Assembly: GCA_963575745.1 (NCBI GenBank)
Contig: CAUYUJ010000159.1
Span: 248,001-312,000, forward strand
Direction: 5' to 3'
Origin: Prorocentrum cordatum
Taxonomy: Eukaryota
DNA length: 64,000 nucleotides
Below are positions 47,787 through 58,065 of this stretch, piece after piece. The position numbers and the translations under genes were made by a program. Each line of letters opens with the position of its first letter. Within the stretch, counting starts at the first letter, position 1. The notes beneath the pieces were generated by a model. It did no database searches and was not told the origin of the DNA. It saw only the letters and a program-made list of their open reading frames with translations.

Positions 47787-48390
47787 TTACAGATAACTCC
47801 TCCCTGTCGCACCCCGAGGCTGGTCGAAAGTGCGAGCTGGGCGTTTCGCTTGACACTTCCTCACCGTCTACAATCTTGAAGTTTAGAAACTGGCAGCAGC
47901 TTCGCGGATTGAGCGCGGGTGGGTTGCAATGTGTGGCTCCCGCCTTCGCGCTGCGCACACCCGTTCATAACAATATGATGAGCTTCGCGGATTGAGGGCG
48001 GGTGGTTGTCAACACGTGGCTTTCGCATTAGCGCCGCCCACATTCGTTTTTCTTGCGCGTCAGAATTTCACGGATTCCAGTGGTCAACGTGCCAGAAATG
48101 GTGATTTGGATGGGCCCAAGATTGTGAGGGAGCCACATATACGTTGATTTGCGGTGCTGAAGTCACAGGAATGGTGGTCTGGCGAGGTTTAGGATCATCA
48201 AGACGCAACGGTCATCTTGATTCGTTTCGTTGGAGTCCCGGGAACGGTGTCTTGGCACGCTTCAGGATCGTCAAACGGTTCCCTCCCATCCAGGCAGTCC
48301 CCTCAGGGGAAATGAACCTGGCCTGCGGCGAGGAAGCCTGGAGGGAGGGATTATTCCAACATTTTGATGAGTCGTTGGTTTCCACTGGTC
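47787..48390 (+). mobile_element. Dispersed non-coding repeat, family S copy 2 (two internal ~84-bp units)
   Basis: Same start and end as 24795-25315. Confidence 0.65.
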
Positions 48391-48703
48391 CTCCTCCTCC
48401 TCCTCCTCCTCCTCCTCCTCCTCCTCCTCCTCCTACTCCTCCTCCTCCTCCTGGTCTTCCTCCCTTCCCCTGCTCCCTCGTTGTACCCCCTCCTCCTTTC
48501 TCATCCTCCTCCCCGGCCTCCACTTTCTCCGTCCTCCTCCTGCTCCCTCCTCCTGCCCCCTCCTCCTCCTGCCCACCTCTTCCTCCTCCTCCTCCTCCTC
48601 CTCCTCTTCCTCCTCCTCCTGCTCCCCCTCCTCCTCCTCCTCCTCCTCCTCCTCCTCCTCCTCCTCCTCCTCCTCCACCATCCATTTTCCTTCCACAAAA
48701 GCG

Positions 48704-49166
48704 TCTCCCTGTCGCACCCCGAAGCCAGTTTTTAGGGCGTGCTGGGCGTTTCGCCTGAGACGTCATCACCACTTGTGACTCTGAAGCTTGAAAACTGGCG
48801 ACAGCGTCACAGATGGAGGGCGGGTCGTTTTAAACATGTGGTTATCGCTTTAGCGCGGCGCACATTCGCTTTCAACATTTGCAAGAGCTTAGCTGATTGA
48901 GGGCGGGTCGTTTTCAAAATGCGGCTCTCGCCTCAGCGCGGCTCACACTCGCTGTAAACAGTTGCAAGAGTTTCACTGGTTGAGGGCGGGTAGTTTTCAA
49001 AATGTGGCCCTCGCCCTAGCGCGGCGCACATTCGTTTTAGACAGTGCAAGGAGTTTCACTGTATTGAGGGCGGGTCGTTTTCAACATGTGGTTCTCGCTT
49101 TTTAGCGCGGCGCACACTCGTTTAAATAAATTGCAAGAGCGTCACTGCTTGAGGGCGGTTCGTTTT
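48704..49166 (+). repeat. Family S copy 3 with ~4.3 tandem 83-85-bp units
   Basis: gagggcgg starts at 48816, 48899, 48982, 49066 and 49151. Confidence 0.85.
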
Positions 49167-49484
49167 CTCTCCTCCTTCTCCTCCTCCTCCTCCTCCTCTT
49201 CCTCCTGCTCCTCCTCCTTCTCCTCCTCCTCCTGCTCATCCGCCTCCGCCTCCACCTCCGCCTCCGCCTCCGTCTCCTCCTCTGCCTCCTCCTCCTCTTC
49301 TTCTTATTTTCTCATTATTAAAATTACTATTCGCCTCCGCCTCCTCCTCCTCCTCCTCCTCCTCCTCCTCCTCCTCCTCCTCCTCCTCCTCCCCCTCCCC
49401 CTCCCGATCCTGCTCCTCCTCCTCCTCCTCCTCCTGCTCCTCCTCCTGCTCCTGCTCTCCTCCTCCTCCTCGTCTTCCATCCTT

Positions 49485-50580
<1,096 letters not shown>

Positions 50581-50944
50581 GCTTCTCCGCCTGCTCCTCC
50601 TCCTCCTCCTCCTCCTCCTCTCCCTCCTCCTGCCCCCGCCCCTGATCTCCTCCTCCTCGCTCTCCTCCATCTCCTCATCATCCTGCCTTCTCCTGCCTCC
50701 TACTGCCTCCTCCTCCTGCTCCTTCTGCTCCTCCTGCTCCTCTTGCTCCTCTTGCTTCTCCTGCTCCTCCTGCTCCTCGTGCTCCTCCTGCTCCTCCTGC
50801 TCCTTCGGATCCTTGTGCTCCACATGCTCATCATGCTCCCGCTCCTTCCTCATGCTCCTGCTCCTTCTTCTTCCGACACCGATGGGAGCATGGACTGCTG
50901 CACTGACGAATGACATGCAAAACGAAGCGGCAGCGGCATCGGCG

Positions 50945-53900
50945 TCAGCCAGCACGGTGCCTGTCCGCCGCGAAGCGGCCCCACCCGTGACCCTCGAAAT
51001 AAGGGTCGTAGGGCACATAGAAATCCTGCACCTGTGGCGGGACCTCGGGGACCTGACCGACTTCCAGCAAATCACAATTACGTACAGTATGAATGAGCGC
51101 CTGGGCAACAATCTTACATAACTGCGAAGGATATTGCTTTGCTGCTGCAGTACGAAAAACGCCATTCCCTCGGACCCCGACAAGCTCTTCGGGATGTGAG
51201 GTGTGGGGGCATTTGCCCCTGCCTGGCAACTGAGCAACTAAATCACGAAACGTCGGCACATTAACGCACAACATGGTAGTTGGTTTCTTAGACCGAGCAC
51301 CACACGTACATTGATCTAAATTCAGAAACCTGATGTCAGCACGAGCTCTAAAACCATACACTGCACCCATCTCGGGGAGGCGCCAGATCGAGGGGAGGTG
51401 AGGGGCCTCCGGTTCAAGAGGATGTTCTAAAATACAGGCAGCTCCTACAGCCGCACAAACGTACACGACCTGAAGCATAGTCTGCAACAAACGATTGCCG
51501 AGCATAACCTGTTTCCATTCAGAGGGCGAGCGGGCCACTAGGCCCCATAAAAATTCCCTGGACCGCAGGATACGAGGCTTCAAACCCCCATTAGGCGGTG
51601 GATTCGCACGGCCCTTGGACCAGGTCTCGCATGGGGGCCCTCCTACAGCTCCGAGGGCCTGCCCTGTCCACAACATGTCTAATATTTTATCGACCGAGGC
51701 TTCTACTGTAAGGTCGCCTCGGTCAGGACTATTGGCAACGTCGATAGATAACATTACCACGGGTACTCTCGCGGCCATCTGAAGCATTTCAAAGTGGGCT
51801 TGCACGTCGTCTGCCCGACGTTGGCCACTGAAAAGATGCAAGGAAAATCGCACTTCTGACGGTGAATTACAGAACACGGCGGGGGCATCTTCATTCTGGT
51901 CCCGTCCGCGCTCGACGCCGTCAGTCGTGGCTCTGGCAATGTTAGCCTCGACTGGGCCTCCCAGCACAGGTCCAATAAAGGCAACTGGCGGTGCGGTAGC
52001 TGCATTCCGACATTCCCCCCGCCCCCGACCAGACCTCGCCGCCCGAGCATCTTCCTTCCGCAGCTCCAGCACTCGCTCAACTGGCATGGGCTTCAAATGG
52101 TGCGCAAGCACCGTGAGGCATCGGCTCGAGCCGAAGCGGAGGTGGCGAAGTAGCCGCCCTCTGGTGTGCCAATCTTGGCCGCAGGCGTGACAACAGGATC
52201 CCAGTGCCAACGCTCCTGCTAGGTCAAACTCTGGATGCGCAAGAGTGCGGTGCCTTCCCCACGCCGCCTTGGTATTAAACACTTCTTCGCACTCTCTGCA
52301 CGGAAACACGACATTGTCAGCAACTTTTTTGAGGACGGGGGGTACGGGGAGATTACCACGCTCGCAAATGGCAACTGGCTTAGATTGCCACACAGCAACC
52401 TCGCAGCTCGCCAAGTGCTCTGCCATGGCGCCTCTCTCCGCCTCTCTACACCAAGAAGTCCATTTTTTGGGGCAATCTCGGGCTACGCCAATCCACCACG
52501 GCAAATCACCGACAGGAGACCACTCGATCGGGATCGTGATCCGATCATACATCCACCAGATGTCTTGCCTCACAAGATACGCCCAACTATTCTTAACACT
52601 GACTAGTGCGTCAAGCATGTGCAACAACCCGTCCGATCCGAACCTCAAGACTTTTTCCAAAAACCGAAGCCTCCTGAGGCGCAGGGTGACGAGAGCAGGG
52701 AGACGGCGGCATCTGAGGTAAACCTCAGGCGTCGACCAATCACACACATCGTCGAGGTCCTGCCTCCGAAGGCCCACGGCAGCCCTGAGAGGGGCCATAA
52801 ACGCAGTTTCCAAGTACTTCTGATTACCTGCATTGAGTGCGGACCATACAGCACCATGGAAGAGCACTCGGCTGTGGCAGAGAGCAGCAGCATACTTGAC
52901 ACGGGTGTCAACAGGTAAATCGTTGCTACGGGTGAAAACCGCCTTCTTCAGTCCCCCGAGTACCCCCAACTGAGTGTGGTGCCTACGCGCAAGCTCCGCA
53001 TTCATAGCACCCGAATCTTGCACCATAGATCCCAAGTGCCTACACACGCTAGCAACAAAAACGGAACGCTGGATCGCAGGGACCCACATCTCCCCCTTAA
53101 ACGCGGCTATCTTCGCTTTAACAACCTTCTTGCCCTCGCCGATAGGGTGGAACAACAGGGTCGATTTGCCCTCCCCGTAGTTGACGACAAACCCCCTCGC
53201 CGTCATCACTTGATGCACAGCTGTTACGACAACTTCGGCCAACTTGCAGCAGTCTCGTGCCTTGGCACATGCCTGCAGCACTGCAAGATCGTCCACATAC
53301 GAAGGTGACCCTATGCGGCTGTCCAACTGCTTGTCGCGGCTGGTGAAGGTGCGTCCTACCCGCGGGCACATGTCTTCAACGTTTAAGTCGATACCTTCTG
53401 CGAAAAACCTCATCCTCAACTCCTCATGCACGGGGGCAAAAGCGAGGGTAAAAAAGAAATCTGCAGGGGGCATGCCCGGCCTTGCTCCCAACGTCGCTTG
53501 TGCCACGGACGTAGCATCTTTTACCTGGAACCAAGTGCTCGAGTTGACATCGGCAACTGCATCTCTCAAGTGCGGGTTACCTACCCTGTCGAACACAGCT
53601 GGCTCTGCCAGCAACTGTCTCATCACCCCTTCAAGAGCTAGCGGCAACTGCAGATTGTCGATGATTTCCTCCAAGTCCTGCTGTGCTGACGGCAAAGCGG
53701 TCAAAAACTCACGAATGACTGTGTGAAACGCTGCTTTTAGGTCCGTGAAAAAAAGCACAGACGTATACCCCAGATGCCTAGCAAGGTCCTGAAAAACCCT
53801 TACTTGAAGCGATGCACCCGCCGTGCCTCTTCCTGAACGGCCCCCGTGCTGATCACAGTCCAACAGGACCGACGCAACGTCATGGATTTTGCGCCGTAGG

Positions 53901-55918
53901 AACTTGTGGTGATGCTTACAGACGTGCACGCCCAACAGGATCTCCCGAAAGTTTTTTAACAACCGAGCATCCCCCTTTTTGTACAAGTCGTGCGCCACCC
54001 CACCCTTCCATGCCAAGGGTTCCCGGCATGCCATCTGTACTTTTAAGACGAGTGGCAGCAGAATCTGTGCACTGAGGTCTGGTGCGGCCTGATACAGATC
54101 ATTGGTGCACAAATCGTGCCCTGCTGCCCTGCGCCGCGCCGCACACTGGATGTCGCGCTGCAGTCCCGCTAAAGAATACAAGTCTGCCAACTCACGATGC
54201 CCGCTCGAGTGGAACTGCTGCTGCTGTTCATTATAGCGGGCCACGAGCTCTGGTACTGTACAAATCTTGGCTCTCTCAGTGGCTGCGAAGTGCTCTAAGA
54301 GCCCTCGTGCCAGGGCCTCACGTGACTCGCACGGCTGGCCTTCCTCGTTCACCCTCATAGGCAACACGTTTTTGTCCCCAGACTTACGCCCACCCCCAAA
54401 GGCAAGCAAACACTTAACTCCAGACCACTCCACACGGCCATCTCCTGAGTTAATAGCATCATTGATTTCAGTGGCCTTTTCTTCCAGGAACCGAGTGCGA
54501 TCACTCCGTAGCTTACGGCGAATCACATACTGCGAGGATCTCAGGAAAGCTACGCAAGCCCCGTGAAACTCCTGAACCCCGTGGACCTGATCGACCCACA
54601 ACCGAGCAGCAAACGTGAGGATGCCTACAGCCGAGTCAAACTCAGGAAGCGCCTCTCGAACAGCTGCCACCTGCGGGTCATCATGTGCCTTGATGAGTGA
54701 CGCAGCAAAAAACAGGATAGGCCTAGCGTCTTCCCCTTTATAGGCACGGAGCACTCCACGCACGGTCCTCCTGAACCTGATACCCCACAAGGTTTCATCC
54801 CGAACATAGCTTTTGGTGGGACCCGGCTTGGTTTTACGAAAGTGACGCTCCGCGCACTCCTGGAAAAACTTCGTGATCATACTGAAATGCTGGTTCACGT
54901 CTACTGACCAATGCACGCGTGGTGCAGACTGCAGGTCGCTTCTAAAAGCCTGCTGCTTCTCAGGATCCCGCATAGCTTCTTTGCCCAAGACGGGGCATGC
55001 CTTTTTTACGTCAAACTGCTCAGCCCATTGCAACTTCACGTATGCTGGGAAGTGATCCTGATGACTGCGCGCAACATCAAAGTCATGCAGCACTCCATGC
55101 TCAATCACATGTCCAAGCCAACACCTCGGCGTGCACACGTAGTCGACACGATGCTTAGCTCCCTGCTTATTGAGCGTGTAAGACGGGGTTGGGGAGGGAC
55201 CGAAGGTGGAGGGGGCGCCCAAGCCATTAGCAGACAACAAACTATTGAAGAGACCCCCGTTACTGTCCTCCTTGGCTGCCTGATGCGACCCGATAGCTTC
55301 TGTTGGATTAGCACCTACTTTAGCATTGGCATCGAGCAAGAGAATGTCCACCCCGAACTTGGCTACGCTGCGCGTGGTCTCCTCCCACCACTGCTTGCGC
55401 AACCTGAGCGGGGCCTCTGGACAGGGACCGTGCCCCACCAGCACGACAGTGCGCCAGCATGGAGCATTGATTTTAACAACTAGCAGGCGCGGGCAGGCCT
55501 GCACCACGATGCAGTGCCTTGGCTTGAGAAAAACAGGTTTCCCCCCCACAGTGGCGTATGGAACCTTGAGGTTGACCCATAACTCGCACCCAAAATTCTT
55601 TCCCTCCTCCGCCCCCGATGCCAGGCAGTAAAATTCGTCGGCAGTGCGACTGCCGCGAGGCGTCCTCGCCTCCTGCACGCCTACGAGCAACGCCGCTGCT
55701 TCCTGAAACTGTTGCCTCAACCATTGGCCTCGCAAGACAGTCCTTTCGCCCTTTACCGTATCCTGCGCTGTCTCAGCATTATACGTGACAAGTATCATGG
55801 AGCGTTGCACCGCCTTTTGAACCTCTTCGTCGAGCTCTGGCTGCAAACGTGTGGCAGGCAAGGCGCGCACATATAAGCCAGCTCCATCGCAACACATGTG
55901 CTGGGGCCGACAAGGCAA
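50945..55918 (-). CDS. LINE-DNMT ORF2 main part: APE + RT + 2 C2H2-like fingers + C5-MTase
   Basis: APE: VTYNAE, VQEAR, LDAN, RVDY, QDHFP. RT: AAGHD, LYKKG, FREI, TDLKAAF, GARPG, YVDDL, HLG. Finger: CRECEEVF...HRTLAH. MTase: LHLFSG (I), SIDV (II), GGPPCETWS (IV, catalytic Cys), LEHP (VI), KKPT (VIII), YP..LC (X). Confidence 0.92.
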   Translation of the reverse strand: MPCRPQHMCCDGAGLYVRALPATRLQPELDEEVQKAVQRSMILVTYNAETAQDTVKGERTVLRGQWLRQQFQEAAALLVGVQEARTPRGSRTADEFYCLASGAEEGKNFGCELWVNLKVPYATVGGKPVFLKPRHCIVVQACPRLLVVKINAPCWRTVVLVGHGPCPEAPLRLRKQWWEETTRSVAKFGVDILLLDANAKVGANPTEAIGSHQAAKEDSNGGLFNSLLSANGLGAPSTFGPSPTPSYTLNKQGAKHRVDYVCTPRCWLGHVIEHGVLHDFDVARSHQDHFPAYVKLQWAEQFDVKKACPVLGKEAMRDPEKQQAFRSDLQSAPRVHWSVDVNQHFSMITKFFQECAERHFRKTKPGPTKSYVRDETLWGIRFRRTVRGVLRAYKGEDARPILFFAASLIKAHDDPQVAAVREALPEFDSAVGILTFAARLWVDQVHGVQEFHGACVAFLRSSQYVIRRKLRSDRTRFLEEKATEINDAINSGDGRVEWSGVKCLLAFGGGRKSGDKNVLPMRVNEEGQPCESREALARGLLEHFAATERAKICTVPELVARYNEQQQQFHSSGHRELADLYSLAGLQRDIQCAARRRAAGHDLCTNDLYQAAPDLSAQILLPLVLKVQMACREPLAWKGGVAHDLYKKGDARLLKNFREILLGVHVCKHHHKFLRRKIHDVASVLLDCDQHGGRSGRGTAGASLQVRVFQDLARHLGYTSVLFFTDLKAAFHTVIREFLTALPSAQQDLEEIIDNLQLPLALEGVMRQLLAEPAVFDRVGNPHLRDAVADVNSSTWFQVKDATSVAQATLGARPGMPPADFFFTLAFAPVHEELRMRFFAEGIDLNVEDMCPRVGRTFTSRDKQLDSRIGSPSYVDDLAVLQACAKARDCCKLAEVVVTAVHQVMTARGFVVNYGEGKSTLLFHPIGEGKKVVKAKIAAFKGEMWVPAIQRSVFVASVCRHLGSMVQDSGAMNAELARRHHTQLGVLGGLKKAVFTRSNDLPVDTRVKYAAALCHSRVLFHGAVWSALNAGNQKYLETAFMAPLRAAVGLRRQDLDDVCDWSTPEVYLRCRRLPALVTLRLRRLRFLEKVLRFGSDGLLHMLDALVSVKNSWAYLVRQDIWWMYDRITIPIEWSPVGDLPWWIGVARDCPKKWTSWCREAERGAMAEHLASCEVAVWQSKPVAICERGNLPVPPVLKKVADNVVFPCRECEEVFNTKAAWGRHRTLAHPEFDLAGALALGSCCHACGQDWHTRGRLLRHLRFGSSRCLTVLAHHLKPMPVERVLELRKEDARAARSGRGRGECRNAATAPPVAFIGPVLGGPVEANIARATTDGVERGRDQNEDAPAVFCNSPSEVRFSLHLFSGQRRADDVQAHFEMLQMAARVPVVMLSIDVANSPDRGDLTVEASVDKILDMLWTGQALGAVGGPPCETWSKGRANPPPNGGLKPRILRSREFLWGLVARSPSEWKQVMLGNRLLQTMLQVVYVCAAVGAACILEHPLEPEAPHLPSIWRLPEMGAVYGFRARADIRFLNLDQCTCGARSKKPTTMLCVNVPTFRDLVAQLPGRGKCPHTSHPEELVGVRGNGVFRTAAAKQYPSQLCKIVAQALIHTVRNCDLLEVGQVPEVPPQVQDFYVPYDPYFEGHGWGRFAADRHRAG

Positions 55919-55925
55919 CGTGAAC

Positions 55926-57905
55926 TCAGCATGGTTCGAAAATGGAATACTGTTGTTTGTCAGCTTCTGGCAAATCGAGCAACCAATTCCATTCCAGCTC
56001 GGGTGCGTGGTAAAGCTGCTGCACTATCCATGGGGGAGTGCAGTCATATACAAAATCACGAGTAGACTTGGCCAGATCGTCGGCCATCTCGTTCCAACAA
56101 TGCTTGTTATGTCCGTAGACATGCAGAATATGCACTGGCACACGGGCGGAAGCAATCTTGTAAATGTGTCTTGCCAGCGCTCCCAGCTTGGGTTCAGCAT
56201 GCGGATACTGCTTGCCGAGCGTTATGGCTATGGCCACTTCGCAATCAGAAAATATCGTGACGGGGTAAAGCTCACACTGCTCGCACTGCTGCATGGTATA
56301 GCTAATCACCCAAATCAACGACCAAATCAAAGCCACCGTCTCGGCGGTGATCGAACTGACATCTTTTTCGAGCTGCATTCCAATCGTGGCACAGACGGTC
56401 CCGGCCAAAAATCCCAAAAACCGAACATCTCCTTCTTCGTCCAAGCAAGTTGCTACCATTGCCCAACCGCTAAGTCCTCGCTCTGCCGTTAGAGAGCCGT
56501 CTGGAAACAAAGCAATGGGACCCATCGGCACCTCGCTAGGCGCAGCCGCCCCCAGCGCGAACTCCGCCTCCGCCTTGAGCTGGACTTCCCCTACCTCCCT
56601 CAAAAGGCAAAGAGGCGGCATCTCACCAATGCATCGAACGATCCGATCGGCACCCGAGAAATCGCATTTGGCATAGCCGTCGATGCCCACCAGCAGCGCC
56701 TCTAAACTTATGACTGTTTTTGGTGTAGTGCAGGCCTGACCCGATCCCCCATCCTCGGGCAAACCATCGCACTCATCAACAACAAACGTGCGAACCTCGG
56801 TCTCTCCCCAAGAGACTCGAGTTCTGCTGCGCTCGGCGGAAGCGGAGGCCGCGCTGGGCATGATGCACGTGCCTGGCGACTCGCAAACGACTTGAAAACT
56901 CGGACTGCCAGCGCTGACCGTAGACAAGCATAGGTCCCAGCCTGTCACGGAGCTCTCGTCCGAAGCGGTGTCGTCTCCCCCCCGCCGCCCAAGCTCGCCC
57001 ACGCAGTCCCACCCACCCATATCGCTATCGGCAGATGCGTCAGACGCGCACGGCGAGCATATGATCCAACCTTGCTGCTCCGCAACTGGGCTCCCAGCAC
57101 TCAGTTGCACGAAGCTCGTGTCTGATGCATCTGCATACAGGTCGTCATCTGTGTCATATTCATGCACGCCCGAAGCCCCAGCGTGCCCAGCCATGTATCC
57201 AAATGACATGCTGGAATCGAGTGAAACGTTATCGTCCGTCATCTGAGTGCCTGCTGCCTCTGCAACAGGCTGCGTCTGTGCTGCCGAGCTGTCTGCTCCC
57301 GCTGACGGTTGAAAGTCATGCGCATCGTTAAAGGCATGCTGCAGTTGCCTGGGCGTGAGCGGATCTTCAAAATGCAGGAAAGACTCCCAGAACAGATTCG
57401 CTCGCGTCCTGGCTGCATCCCCTTCGGCAGTGGTTAAAAGCGACATGCCCGACGCCTCTGCTTGCCACTGATCCCGCGTCATCTGCAGTGCGGCAAGGGC
57501 GTGTACGATATGCTCGTGCCACTCATCAGCGTGCGTGCTATTAACTGTCCTACGCCTCAGACGGTTCAACCTGCTAGTGTACTCGTCACGATCATGCTGT
57601 GCCAACGCCCAAGCACGGTCACATATATCGCGAGCTGCTATCACGCATGCCTGTGCTGACGTGGCAAGCGGCGCAAAGATGGCACTGGTACGAGTTTGCC
57701 ATGAGACCCAGGCAACGCACTCGTCCATCCAACTATCATACGCTACATCAATGCCCTGCATGTGGGCCATGGTCGACCACGGTCGGCTCTGGCCTGCAAG
57801 TGATCTGGCTAGCACGCTGGCTGCGTGCTCGGCTGCACCCATGCCCAGGTGCGCACTACAAGATTTACGTGTTGCAAAAAGGTCGGGATGATATTCCCGC
57901 CGCAA
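55926..57905 (-). CDS. LINE-DNMT ORF2 N-terminal part including RNase H; joined to the APE-RT frame by a one-nucleotide shift near 55947
   Basis: FPDGS...GWA, SITAETVAL, IFSDC, HVYGH..H.WNEMADDLAK. The two frames overlap open over ~55926-56023. Confidence 0.82.
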   Translation of the reverse strand: MRREYHPDLFATRKSCSAHLGMGAAEHAASVLARSLAGQSRPWSTMAHMQGIDVAYDSWMDECVAWVSWQTRTSAIFAPLATSAQACVIAARDICDRAWALAQHDRDEYTSRLNRLRRRTVNSTHADEWHEHIVHALAALQMTRDQWQAEASGMSLLTTAEGDAARTRANLFWESFLHFEDPLTPRQLQHAFNDAHDFQPSAGADSSAAQTQPVAEAAGTQMTDDNVSLDSSMSFGYMAGHAGASGVHEYDTDDDLYADASDTSFVQLSAGSPVAEQQGWIICSPCASDASADSDMGGWDCVGELGRRGGDDTASDESSVTGWDLCLSTVSAGSPSFQVVCESPGTCIMPSAASASAERSRTRVSWGETEVRTFVVDECDGLPEDGGSGQACTTPKTVISLEALLVGIDGYAKCDFSGADRIVRCIGEMPPLCLLREVGEVQLKAEAEFALGAAAPSEVPMGPIALFPDGSLTAERGLSGWAMVATCLDEEGDVRFLGFLAGTVCATIGMQLEKDVSSITAETVALIWSLIWVISYTMQQCEQCELYPVTIFSDCEVAIAITLGKQYPHAEPKLGALARHIYKIASARVPVHILHVYGHNKHCWNEMADDLAKSTRDFVYDCTPPWIVQQLYHAPELEWNWLLDLPEADKQQYSIFEPC

Positions 57906-58065
57906 ACCAGGTGGAGAGGTGCCAGCTGTGGCTCCTCATCATTACCTGCCAACAGAGGCGTCATGGGCACACCTGCCCAGTCAGTAGTGAACGAACTCCT
58001 CGAGGCTGTCGACGGTGCTGCAACATCCCTGCGTGCATCGTCTTCTGGCTCGAGTCTGGTCGAAC

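Noticed and set aside
48816..49166. CRISPR-like array (also considered for 62954-63166 and 35641-35976)
   Set aside because: Whole units are homologous with no unique spacers, no cas genes are present, and the context is eukaryotic.
57880..57905. J-domain HPD motif (EYHPD) at the start of LINE-DNMT ORF2
   Set aside because: An in-frame stop lies about 10 codons upstream and the surrounding J-domain helices are absent.
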